Assembly (NCBI GenBank): GCA_000002435.2
Contig: CM018790.1
From: Giardia intestinalis
Taxonomy: Eukaryota
Direction: 5' to 3' (one strand)
DNA length: 64,000 bases
Position numbers and translations under genes: made by a program. Positions 48,901 through 56,256 of the stretch are shown piece after piece. The notes below the pieces were generated by a model. It ran no database searches. It had not been told where the DNA came from and worked only from the letters and a program-made list of their open reading frames with translations. Position 1 is the first letter of the stretch, and every line of letters starts with the position of its first letter.

Positions 48901-49715
48901 TGATAGCGTGGAGTCAGGTTGGAGTCCAATTGGGAGCTACGGGCCGAGTATTGTTTGAGCTTACTGCCAGCCGATGGCATACGTCTATGGGCAAGCTCCG
49001 ATCCCTGGGTCAATGGTTTAGCAATACCATTAAGAGCCATCGGATTGTGCAAAAGAGGCTGCAAATCGGAGACAAGCTCTGGTTGTAGCATCCCCTTGGC
49101 GTTTGAGAGTTGATCAATAATAGATTGATACTTGCAGGGAAGCTCACATATCAGGTTGACCTGCTGTGCAATAGACAGGATTGTCTGAACCCACGGGGGC
49201 AAGCTTCCCGGTGTTACGGCGTACTGACCGGCAAACGTAGAACCAGGAATTAGGGACTCCATAGAGTTCTCCACAGAGCAAACATCAGCGTAAATAGGGT
49301 GATGCATCACCTCAATGAGGTTAAGAATAGATGGGTGTGCGGTGGTCAAGAAATCCATGACCCGGGAGCAATTCCAAAGGAATTTGTCCGCAGATTCCTG
49401 GGTTAAGAGCTTACGCCTCAGAGAAGTTCGGTTGATCATGCGCATGGCTGCTTTTTGCTCTGTAAGCGGGTTATGGCATAGTCTCACGTTGGCATAGGCA
49501 CCCCGACCGATTGTTCTCTGTATGATCCACTCGTTAATGCACACGTTCCCCTGGGCTGTCGTTGTAACCCAGATCCGATCCTTGACTGGAACTCGAAGCA
49601 GTCCTGGCAGAAATGGAGCAGAGATGCCTGTCAAAAGGTGGAAGACGCCTGTCGCTGACTCTGACGTACTAGATGTGCTGTCAGTACTTGCATGGTTCAC
49701 TTCATGCAAGGCCAT
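42978..49715 (-). CDS. Large protein of 2,245 aa with an N-terminal protein-kinase-like domain split by long insertions (probable pseudokinase or very divergent kinase), a polyQ tract, and a long low-complexity C-terminus.
   Basis: Subdomains I-II IGRGAYANV…KAAMRMI (the beta-3 Lys is Arg), HPSILNLIEVM, a ~200-aa insert, FVFIIEYCDGGTL, VHQDIKLENIII (HRD replaced by HQD), a ~170-aa insert, ISDFDTAII (DFG replaced by DFD), DAWQTGVMLFHSLTG, and PSHRYTLFECMYHPAV. Confidence 0.6.
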   Translation of the reverse strand: MALHEVNHASTDSTSSTSESATGVFHLLTGISAPFLPGLLRVPVKDRIWVTTTAQGNVCINEWIIQRTIGRGAYANVRLCHNPLTEQKAAMRMINRTSLRRKLLTQESADKFLWNCSRVMDFLTTAHPSILNLIEVMHHPIYADVCSVENSMESLIPGSTFAGQYAVTPGSLPPWVQTILSIAQQVNLICELPCKYQSIIDQLSNAKGMLQPELVSDLQPLLHNPMALNGIAKPLTQGSELAHRRMPSAGSKLKQYSARSSQLDSNLTPRYQNTGRCTMNYDDNFVFIIEYCDGGTLQEVVRTADLKKIMILFYQVVDALCYMHFCNVVHQDIKLENIIITTDLQSNFKTPIPPASKLLPRKVPRTTDLFFTSTSGTIGDFAVGTVQSQSSTPLASTALSSDPSHSNPIENTLRRDPKDRYNIPPLSLKLPLQNALPTAANPPTVMPRGPTRISSRLNDNVLSPLLLPSGSRYRLQSLKESSDITYYLLGDSDTAPYRAKISDFDTAIILEEEGVRLPTAQTVLETLKSIYNRHLSLLRKSFTCFFNDLVRQRILPQEDEGSLLLGHDVVASMDSDCVHASSRREADLVSSAFSFNADILVKEGTAICTEAAKLDDSQQSLKPSQIDMDTLNGSIGICRMSGIYETQSFDMSEPIFDKISIKPNNSSCKDTTLSLRQATVTAAKPNASIDTAHIARTSDKSSVTRALHSSCLTLVLSLDDQKDAFLGNLEPCVDIPLLDDDSHAATFQKAFHTDALSLKLTDLTPDGTGLAEKTCKGHTHLDADFPADNSLLVPAIDCSIKTSNSSLSQRDAALLSTISRIEDFIQETIETNKVGQALQSYLSSIRQINTFPAMPRNTYFISSSTGTPTILSPESRAVMQTCSDHDPHRAHSLFSAVHADAWQTGVMLFHSLTGLVRRTPLYRYSQEAFALCGTFGLLITDLLCGLLDEIPSHRYTLFECMYHPAVNPRQFKLPMSIPAKGTSDISVTTMHSVLSHAHSVATSKSGNIRALWREAKRDYHQLRRFHMLIIMRRRQYVLANNSKCITASTIDNSMIYTCTDIPLLANTLALFSSKLFRKSKHDVLNHTGYRIDDFTSGEKINTHAHIIASEKLKTKTELCSKNRAKSPMSSSDVLNRHMSFSLDSEGQSDLLSDTEFNKSVYITVPEIAQAHVVRKSTGICMVDRIFEHRKTVSKASPTFHTDNVRRNSVSLMDEARHVKTLLERVLSESLYDGSPDSLLYRLPSPVLNERTRSKQLLSIINSSKFVAEASSAASLYPRRKHIFNYIKKLLKKYQRSLTHEQAPISSAPPLKVSLSAPDLRVSSLDSKSTARFEHPLLDAYASMRQEYGVAGNGSQGPESNTLDSILSDSFENVLHALVDEKNILHIHNFDWSEKISPLDVYIGSSQNAVEFSLRLLHGNAHNANSFFDLDDQETLNTIRKCPTLRSIIAKLKRMQLQNVIDGLTTLTVGSSFYELGTRLWYQMLTRSFSETLGNERDVEYYLKDDINSFQPGPLFPVAEVQSQPHMLQHSDISAQSASSSLTESLESSRASSPFNQLTAGFSEHKSSASVPIKALSNPLYSNPPLSTKTLSGIKLDIQEISEIEHISMTSAPLADHNQVKSKAFSQRPSARSLPGNAFQFSTLATSQSCVLSPTRNTKSTPNQSPQQQQQQQQQQQQFHARPEPSSPVLRELDAKEASISSAMSQKSVDLSGSIKPEREQDVVDEQPEKPLDSALNDKYIQRNKLYNRTAIGKILAGIEGHQKQTSLKERESSTETGNPEIFKDMGAEQRFLYRDRMFTRSLEDCIVASQIRKELKDVGGLTSIFDDSICTTIDDDNVDDEPHGEHSIVSRNNSFYYEPYNEDDQQNASDIILMRNKRQTRTTGSLSKLRTTSIVTNNSTITPSNQQQQARPPTLSTLHFSADEPINSMQESLVGSTPEYRYSYPPPTIFPDIGHGTSQYMCCCCKCTRPEVDMQGFNLCRIQLLTAHYCFLYRYGRHISWDPCVLSKQESSFPRGLFLRRLRTLLIGRINLPLHWINASIQYELTRWNDFTVKGESSTSTGTPAGSDAKPQLRPTSPRSPLVIPALNLQSLPKESAGIKTPITRIRLVNQDDDDTDLQSKTMSAHPIIPKLCFLGNSTDQRPANLDDPIAESNTSSPSTPSHVDSRKKTSTIKITTDVVEAKAPSSISDTSSTHSASDIAQSAPLANLLAIQSTVPSTMHVNKASGVTSSNTSIGQCSTGSSDI
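44686..44721 (-). repeat. (CAA/CAG)n microsatellite, read as (TTG)n on the plus strand, encoding a ~12-residue polyglutamine run in the kinase-like protein.
   Basis: ttgttgttgttgttgttgttgctgttgctgttg; the protein has QQQQQQQQQQQQ. Confidence 0.7.
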
Positions 49716-49848
49716 CCTTACCGCAGTTGGGAGACAAGACCAGACGTACTTTTAAAGGTGTACTTTTAAATTGGACGTCCTCCGTCAGTGAGACGGCAGA
49801 AGCCCAAAGAGCCGAGAGAGGCATTCGCCTAGAATCTCTATCGTCGCC

Positions 49849-49855
49849 GTTTACT
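49849..49855 (-). terminator. AGTAAAC polyadenylation signal on the minus strand, ~15 nt downstream of the stop of the TPH coiled-coil gene.
   Basis: The plus strand has gtttact; its reverse complement is AGTAAAC. Confidence 0.55.
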
Positions 49856-49869
49856 TAAGAGTCTTGTGA

Positions 49870-51357
49870 TTACCAGGAAATGCTCCGATCTCTCCTATTA
49901 ATATTACGGATAACTATCGCATACGCTCGCCGGACACGCTCGTCCTCTTCGGCCTCTGCCATCTTTCTGCAACGCTCAACGAGCTCCCTGGCCTCTCGTT
50001 GATCCTTGAGAACTGCGCATTTATCACAGAAACTTTCAAACTCTTTTTCCTTCTCTCTTGCTAACCTCAATTTGGCAATTTCAGCAAGGGTTTCCGTGGC
50101 CATGCGCTTTGCCTCTGCGCGCTTCTCCTCAGCCAGCATCTTCTCATACTCCGCCTCCCGGACATGCTCAAGATGCTGCTTTTGGTTGTACTCTAAATCG
50201 GCCATCTCTTCGACGGCCTTACGTGCAAACTTGTCTGCCACGTTAAACTCGTTTATCTTCCGTGCTTCATCCTCGAGTTTCTTGTATTTTGCTGCACGTG
50301 CTTGACGCGCCTCCTCCGCACGTACGTTAGTGATATCCTGGCCCTCACACCTGAGCATCGAGTTAATGCGCCGTTCCTCATCTGCCTTAATCTGTTTGGC
50401 CACAGCTAGCTGAGCTATTTCCGTGGCAGCAGCCTTCTTCTCTTTCAAGCTCTTCATCCGGGCCTCATGGATGGCGTGTCGTTCGTCAAGTTTTTGTTGA
50501 ACCATCTGGATCTCTAAGTCGGTAGCCATCTCTTCAAGGGCGCGAATGTTGTCCTGTTTCTTCTTTTCTTCAACCTGCTTGTCAAGGATAGATCTGCATG
50601 TCATATTTCGTCTACGAGTGTCTTCGTACTCTTTTCTATGGAGTTCCTCGTCGAGAGCTTTCAGCCTCCGCATTTCCACAAGTTCATTCTCTCGTTCACG
50701 GCGTTCCTCTTCGCGCTGGTATTGGCCCTTCTGCGTCTGGGCCAAGTTCACCCTATCGACACGCTCTCGTGCGGTCCGCTGTGCCAGTGCCTTCTCAGCA
50801 TTGGCATCCACTTCTTCCTTGTAGAGTCTGTACGCTGTCTCCTTTTCCTGCAGCCCCTCCTGAAGTTCGGCTTGTCGGCGCTCTTCCTTGATGCGCTTAG
50901 TCTCTGCAAGGTCCTTGAGGCAATCTGCCGTTATCTTAGCACTGCGGAACATACGCATGTAGTCATTGTCGAGCTCCTTGTGACGCCGGTACTGCTCCTG
51001 GACAGCGTCAGCCTTTTTCTTCTCGCGCTCGAGCCACGCCTGTTCCAGCTCACGGATCTCTTGCTCCTTTGCCGCTTCTTGATCGGCCATCTTTTGCAGA
51101 CGCGCCTGGCGCTGATCCTCGATCGTATTTTTCCAAGTTTTCGTGCGCTCAGCTCCTATCTGCGCCCTGATAATGTTATTTCGGTTAAAGATTGTGTCAT
51201 CGCGGCCAGAGACAGACTCTGTGGGATAAAGTGGGCCAGCACGGTGCCGAATCATGTTCAGATCGTATTGATCCAAAACGATCGGCTTATTGGATTTGGT
51301 CATGCGTTGTGTGATCTTCGGTTTGGTTGCAAACAGCGTGGTATCGGTGTACGGCAT
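49870..51357 (-). CDS. Coiled-coil protein of 495 aa with a trichohyalin-plectin-homology (TPH)-type E/R/K-rich coiled coil; probably axoneme-associated (MNS1/CFAP45/CFAP53-like).
   Basis: Charged coiled-coil heptads along nearly the full length (…EERRERENELVEMRRLKALDEELHRKEYEDTRRRN…). Its size and composition match ciliary TPH proteins. It shares a divergent promoter with IFT46. Confidence 0.5.
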   Translation of the reverse strand: MPYTDTTLFATKPKITQRMTKSNKPIVLDQYDLNMIRHRAGPLYPTESVSGRDDTIFNRNNIIRAQIGAERTKTWKNTIEDQRQARLQKMADQEAAKEQEIRELEQAWLEREKKKADAVQEQYRRHKELDNDYMRMFRSAKITADCLKDLAETKRIKEERRQAELQEGLQEKETAYRLYKEEVDANAEKALAQRTARERVDRVNLAQTQKGQYQREEERRERENELVEMRRLKALDEELHRKEYEDTRRRNMTCRSILDKQVEEKKKQDNIRALEEMATDLEIQMVQQKLDERHAIHEARMKSLKEKKAAATEIAQLAVAKQIKADEERRINSMLRCEGQDITNVRAEEARQARAAKYKKLEDEARKINEFNVADKFARKAVEEMADLEYNQKQHLEHVREAEYEKMLAEEKRAEAKRMATETLAEIAKLRLAREKEKEFESFCDKCAVLKDQREARELVERCRKMAEAEEDERVRRAYAIVIRNINRRDRSISW

Positions 51358-51508
51358 GGCGACAACAACTGCTATGGAGAATTTGTAATTTATGTTTTGT
51401 AAATAAAATTGCTAAAGATTAATTAGGACTTTTAAATTAAATTGCATATAAACTAGCACTTTAAAAGATGGCAAAAAGTTAGCACGCTCTGGGATACAGG
51501 GTTGACAG
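51358..51508. promoter_or_regulatory. AT-rich bidirectional promoter of 151 bp between the TPH-domain gene (minus) and IFT46 (plus).
   Basis: …gtaatttatgttttgtaaataaaattgctaaagattaattaggacttttaaattaaattgcatataaac…. Confidence 0.45.
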
Positions 51509-52468
51509 ATGTTCAAAAACAGGAAAACGAAAAAGGGGAAGGCAGACGAGGTGCTTGAATATGAGGGAGCGACGTCACTTGAGTCTAACCCCGTGGAAGA
51601 TTACGATGACCGTGAGGACTCGAAGGACCAGGACTCTCCTACTGCGGGAAGACACGGCAATCCAGGCCCTATGAGCCTCAGAGAGATCGACGACGCAGGC
51701 TACAATATCCCCCTTCCGCCAGAGCCGGACCACGTTGATCCGTCCATCAAGAAAATGAAAAAGGGACTCGCTAAGATGTCGGAAAAGGAGCTCTTCAACC
51801 TCTTTCACGCATTCCAGCCTGTTGAGCTGAGCCTCGAGACTATATACGTTCCCTTTCTTCCAGACTATACTCCGTCCATCGGTGACGTGGATCCATTTAT
51901 CAAGGTGCCCCGGCCCGACAACAAGGTAGAGGCACTGGGGCTTGTTGTCTTGGATGACCCATGCATCAATCAGTCAGATCCAACAGTCTTAGGGCTTCAA
52001 TTGAAAGACACGACCAAGGCGGTTAATCTGGACCTAGAGGTTGATCTAGGAGCTAGCGGAGGAGACACAAACAATGATCTCCATGTGCGCAAGGATGTGA
52101 TCAAAATGGTTCCTTCTGCAGACGACCCAGTCAAACAAGTTACTAACACAAAACAAAATGTTAATTCATGGATCCAAAAGATAGACGAGCTGCACGACAA
52201 AATAGGCCACAACGCTGAATATGCATATTCCCTGCCTATCCCGGACACAATAATGAACCTTTGGGAGCCCCAATTCATTGAGTTGCTAGAGAAAGTGGAC
52301 CTACCAACTGCCAACATAGAGCTATCTACAGAAGAGTACGCCCGGTTGGTGTGCGCGCTTCTCGATATACCCGTGGGGGAGAGTCTCATCGAGTCTCTTC
52401 ACATGCTGTTTATAAATTATCTGGACGTTCAAGATAATTTGAAGTTAGCACAGCACGGTATCCTATAA
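51509..52468 (+). CDS. IFT46: Intraflagellar transport protein IFT46, 319 aa.
   Basis: PDYTPSIGDVDPFIKVPRPDNKVEALGLVVLDDPCINQSDPTVLGLQL aligns closely with the IFT46 core (PDFIPAVGDIDAFLKVPRPDGKPDNLGLLVLDEPSTKQSDPTVLSLWL), and …LPTANIELSTEEYARLVCALLDIPV matches …LPTAEIDCSLAEYIDMICAILDIPV. Confidence 0.8.
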   Translation: MFKNRKTKKGKADEVLEYEGATSLESNPVEDYDDREDSKDQDSPTAGRHGNPGPMSLREIDDAGYNIPLPPEPDHVDPSIKKMKKGLAKMSEKELFNLFHAFQPVELSLETIYVPFLPDYTPSIGDVDPFIKVPRPDNKVEALGLVVLDDPCINQSDPTVLGLQLKDTTKAVNLDLEVDLGASGGDTNNDLHVRKDVIKMVPSADDPVKQVTNTKQNVNSWIQKIDELHDKIGHNAEYAYSLPIPDTIMNLWEPQFIELLEKVDLPTANIELSTEEYARLVCALLDIPVGESLIESLHMLFINYLDVQDNLKLAQHGIL

Positions 52469-52512
52469 CAAGCGTCCTTGTGGCATCGCTGCCTCTTCTT
52501 CAGCGTATAGAC

Positions 52513-52519
52513 AGTAAAC
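52513..52519 (+). terminator. AGTAAAC polyadenylation signal ~45 nt downstream of the IFT46 stop.
   Basis: …atagacAGTAAACacctt…. Confidence 0.45.
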
Positions 52520-52577
52520 ACCTTGCATATTATGGTCGATTACTCAATGTTCAGCACGCCGATATGAGCAAAAAACA

Positions 52578-54119
52578 ATGGCTCATAATAGTATGAAGCT
52601 ACTTCCCGGAGACTCCCTCTTTGCTGAGACTCCCCAGGGAGAGATTCTGACCGTCAACGTTTTCTCTGGGCTTCTTGAGACACCGGGATGCATTGTCCCT
52701 CTGCGCAGACCTTTGAAACTAACTCACTCTTCGGCACTCCTTTTTTCCTCATCGAACAATACGCGTGTCAATGTAACCTCTGCGCAAAAGCAGAAGGACC
52801 CCTGGACGTGGACAGCTCCATACCCCTGCGCTGAGCTGAAAGCGCTCTTCCAGCACATTATGTCTGTTGCTCACACAGGCCTTGTACCTTGGGTCGGTAT
52901 AGTAGGGCCTCAGTCATCAGGAAGAAAGACCATTCTGTACACTTTGGCTGGCTGGCTTACTCGAGCCGGAGTAACCACCATAGTGGCTGACTATGACCCC
53001 GCTGGAACAGCAGTGGGGTATCCTGGGACCATTTCAGCTGCACACTTCCTTGTAGGAGAGGAGCCCGGGTCCATGCTTTGTACCTGGGGTGTATGCTCCT
53101 TTTGCGACAGTAGAAAGGCCCCCAATTACCTTACAACTACAATTCAAGATCGTATCTTTTCGTTGCTCACCAATCACGATGTTCGCGGGCTCGATAAGCC
53201 AGTAGTTGTCCTTTATCGAATGCGTGCATATCAAAATACAATTGAGGGTCGCCAACAGCTGCATGCCCACTTTTCTAATATGTGGTCGTTCCTAGAAGAT
53301 CGAGTATATACTTACAAGGCGCCAACATTTACTCAGCCCCAAGGCCCCACTGGGGCGACGATGGCCCACTTTAATAGGTTTATGAGCGAACTAAAGGATG
53401 AGATAGGCACATTGACATACCTTCAGGCTATTAAGCACTTTGGAAAGTATATTCCCATTATTATATCCACTAGAAACCCCGTCCAGTTAGGCACATTCAC
53501 CATATCACGGTCCACAGAGGACAAAGCCAAAGACCCTTTGCCCCAAAGCGCCCCGGTGCCAATTGTGCACGTAATGATCGATCCTCTTTTGAAAGATGTA
53601 ACGCCAACAGCACGAATGCAGCAACAACGTATAAAGGAACACTTCTACGGCTACAACTGGCAGCTTGCCCCAATGGTTCTCAGGTTCAAGTACGCTACAC
53701 GTGTCGAGAAGGCCATGCCCGATATCGACAAGGGTGAGCAGCATGAGTTTTGTAGTATCATACAGCTTATGAGAGACGAGGACACAGACTACGCACGCAT
53801 TCTTACCCACCAGGACTTTACTGGCGCTACGCCAATGAACCTGCATGAGCGAGTTTGTTACGTACCAAGATTTCACGATGAAACCCAGGGTGCGGAGATA
53901 CTTGGACAGCACGAGGCAGGTAAGCTATCAGAGTTTTTGGAGAGTGAAGAAGGTGCTATAGTTCTTTTGAATGCAAACATCATAGGTCTTGCTGTGATTA
54001 AGGGGTATGAAGCCCGTGATGACGAGCTATACCTAGAGATCCTTTTGCCAACAAAAACAATTGTTTCTGAGATTATGCTGCTTATTCTCACAGAGCACTA
54101 TGCTGGCGGATCCCTATGA
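52578..54119 (+). CDS. Clp1/Grc3/NOL9-family protein (polynucleotide 5'-kinase / mRNA 3'-end cleavage factor Clp1-like), 513 aa, with a non-canonical Walker A (GPQSSGRKT).
   Basis: IVGPQSSGRKTILYTLAGWLTRAGVTTIVADYDPAGTAVGYPGTISA parallels the Clp1 segment VVGPTDVGKSTxCRxLLNYAVRxGRRPxxVxLDVGQGxxxIPGTxxA. The downstream IKEHFYGY matches Clp1 IREYFYGF. Confidence 0.6.
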   Translation: MAHNSMKLLPGDSLFAETPQGEILTVNVFSGLLETPGCIVPLRRPLKLTHSSALLFSSSNNTRVNVTSAQKQKDPWTWTAPYPCAELKALFQHIMSVAHTGLVPWVGIVGPQSSGRKTILYTLAGWLTRAGVTTIVADYDPAGTAVGYPGTISAAHFLVGEEPGSMLCTWGVCSFCDSRKAPNYLTTTIQDRIFSLLTNHDVRGLDKPVVVLYRMRAYQNTIEGRQQLHAHFSNMWSFLEDRVYTYKAPTFTQPQGPTGATMAHFNRFMSELKDEIGTLTYLQAIKHFGKYIPIIISTRNPVQLGTFTISRSTEDKAKDPLPQSAPVPIVHVMIDPLLKDVTPTARMQQQRIKEHFYGYNWQLAPMVLRFKYATRVEKAMPDIDKGEQHEFCSIIQLMRDEDTDYARILTHQDFTGATPMNLHERVCYVPRFHDETQGAEILGQHEAGKLSEFLESEEGAIVLLNANIIGLAVIKGYEARDDELYLEILLPTKTIVSEIMLLILTEHYAGGSL

Positions 54120-54201
54120 GGCATCTTTGTTCGAGGACAAGGCAGGGCTGGGTAAATAATTAGAAACTTTAAAACAAATCAGGGTGTCGGAGTCGGTCTG
54201 A

Positions 54202-56226
54202 ATGTCCGGAAAGTCAAAGAGCGACGAAGTCACGCGCATTGCAATTGTCAACAAGGACCGGTGCAAGCCGAAGAAGTGCAACCAGGAGTGCAAGCTACTA
54301 TGTCCCGTCAACAAAACAGGGAAGCGCTGCGTTGTTGCGTCCTCAGAGGGCAACAAGACCGCCATGATATCTGAGAAACTGTGCATAGGCTGTGACATCT
54401 GCGTCAAGAAGTGTCCCTTTGATGCTATAAGGATCATCAACTTGCCATCGTCCCTGGACTCACAGGTCTCTTATCGCTACGGCATTAATAGCTTCAAACT
54501 GCACCGCGTACCAATACCTAAGCCTGGGCAGGTCCTGGGGCTGGTTGGAGAAAATGGCATTGGAAAGTCAACTGCGCTTGGGATACTCGCTGGAAACATC
54601 AAGCCCAACTTCGGAGACCTCAAGAATCTTGATCCAGACTGGGAGGAAATCGTCCAGCACTACAGAGGAACGGAGATCCAGGCTTATTTCATGAAGTTGA
54701 AGGACGGCGAAATTAAGGCCGCACATAAAGTCCAGTATGTCGACGCCATCACCAAGACGGATAAGCGCACTGATACCCTGGCCACCATATTCCAGAAGCG
54801 CAAGAAGAAGGCGCCAGAGCTTTACAATCGTGTTGTGCAAATGATGGAGCTTGAAAACCTGCTTGAACGTCAGCTGGGGAACCTCTCTGGCGGGGAACTA
54901 CAGAGGTTTGCCCTCGCTTATGTAGCCATGCAGAACACGGCCATATATCTTATCGATGAGCCTTCGTCCTACCTGGACATCAAGCAACGCCTGACGGCGG
55001 GAAGATTGATACGATCCTTAGTTGAGAAAGACCTGGACAAGTACTGCGTCGTTGTTGAGCATGATCTGGCTGTTCTGGACTATTTGTCAGATTACACCAG
55101 CCTGCTGTATGGTAAGGCGGGTGTTTTTGGGATCATTTCGATGCCATCCTCTGTCCGTGAAGGCATTAACATATTCCTTTCTGGATACCTTCCATCAGAG
55201 AACATGCGCTTTCGTGACGAGGCCCTGAAGTTCCAGGTGACAGACAGTGTAGAGGAAGAGGAACAAAGGGACGCCAAAGGCTCTGAAAAAAGTCGTATTC
55301 AGACGTACCCTGCCATGGAGATATGCTTTAGCATTACTAAGTCTAACGGGTCTAACTCCGACTCGGACTTTGTGGAAGACGACCCAGATGTCGCCAACCG
55401 TGTGCTGGATACCGCTGTTATCCCAACAGATACCAACGACGTGGTTCCTACCTCGACTCTATATGATAAGCAAAAGGCTCGAGACTTTAGTTTCCGTCTG
55501 CGCGTAGAAGCAGGGCACTTTGAGTACAGTAAGATCACGCTGTTGTTAGGCGAGAATGGAACTGGTAAGTCGACCCTTATAAAAGCATTGGTTGGGGCTG
55601 TTCAACCCGTCGCCGTTGAGGGCTTCCTCCCTACCCTACCGTTTTCGCTGAAGCCCCAGACAATAGCTCCCTCGTTCAAGGGAACCGTTCAAGAGCTATT
55701 TCTAAGTCGCATCGCGGAAACGTACAACCACTCTGGCTTCCAGGATGACGTTGTGAAGCCACTAGACATCAAGCACCTCCTAGAAAGGAAGGTCACACAA
55801 TTGTCTGGTGGTGAATTGCAGCGTGTCGCCTTAATCCTGGCTTTGGGGAAGCCTGCAGACGTTTATCTCATTGACGAGCCCAGCGCCTACCTCGATGCAT
55901 CACAACGCCTGGTGTGTGCAAAGGTTATCAAGCGGTTTGTCATAAACACCAAGAAGGCCTGCTTCGTTGTAGAGCACGACTTTCTGATGGCTCTTTATCT
56001 GGCCGATAGCGTAGTAGTTTTCACAGGGACGCCTGGTGTAGATGCCGTGGCCTGTAAGCCCTGTGGTGTGACTCAAGGCTTCAACAAGTTTCTTTCAATC
56101 ATCCAAGTAACGTTTCGCAGGGACCCTGAAAACCTGAGGCCCAGAGTCAACAAGCTCAATAGCGCGAAGGACCGTGAGCAGAAGATCAGCGGCCAGTACT
56201 TTACCAATTTCACTGACGACACATAA
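54202..56226 (+). CDS. ABCE1: ABCE1 (RNase L inhibitor/Rli1) ribosome-recycling ATPase, 674 aa, with an N-terminal Fe-S domain and two NBDs. A ~55-aa acidic insertion precedes NBD2.
   Basis: RIAIVNKDRCKPKKCNQECKLLCPVNKTGKRCV…CIGCDICVKKCPFDAI forms two 4Fe-4S clusters. NBD1 has GLVGENGIGKST, LSGGELQRF and IYLIDEPSSYLD. NBD2 has LLGENGTGKST, LSGGELQRVAL and VYLIDEPSAYLD. Confidence 0.9.
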   Translation: MSGKSKSDEVTRIAIVNKDRCKPKKCNQECKLLCPVNKTGKRCVVASSEGNKTAMISEKLCIGCDICVKKCPFDAIRIINLPSSLDSQVSYRYGINSFKLHRVPIPKPGQVLGLVGENGIGKSTALGILAGNIKPNFGDLKNLDPDWEEIVQHYRGTEIQAYFMKLKDGEIKAAHKVQYVDAITKTDKRTDTLATIFQKRKKKAPELYNRVVQMMELENLLERQLGNLSGGELQRFALAYVAMQNTAIYLIDEPSSYLDIKQRLTAGRLIRSLVEKDLDKYCVVVEHDLAVLDYLSDYTSLLYGKAGVFGIISMPSSVREGINIFLSGYLPSENMRFRDEALKFQVTDSVEEEEQRDAKGSEKSRIQTYPAMEICFSITKSNGSNSDSDFVEDDPDVANRVLDTAVIPTDTNDVVPTSTLYDKQKARDFSFRLRVEAGHFEYSKITLLLGENGTGKSTLIKALVGAVQPVAVEGFLPTLPFSLKPQTIAPSFKGTVQELFLSRIAETYNHSGFQDDVVKPLDIKHLLERKVTQLSGGELQRVALILALGKPADVYLIDEPSAYLDASQRLVCAKVIKRFVINTKKACFVVEHDFLMALYLADSVVVFTGTPGVDAVACKPCGVTQGFNKFLSIIQVTFRRDPENLRPRVNKLNSAKDREQKISGQYFTNFTDDT

Positions 56227-56242
56227 GCCTTGGAAGTATGGA

Positions 56243-56249
56243 AGTAAAT
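56243..56249 (+). terminator. AGTAAAT polyadenylation signal for ABCE1, 8 nt upstream of the next gene's ATG at 56257.
   Basis: …ggaAGTAAATtaaaaatATGgat…; the intergenic gap is 30 nt. Confidence 0.5.
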
Positions 56250-56256
56250 TAAAAAT

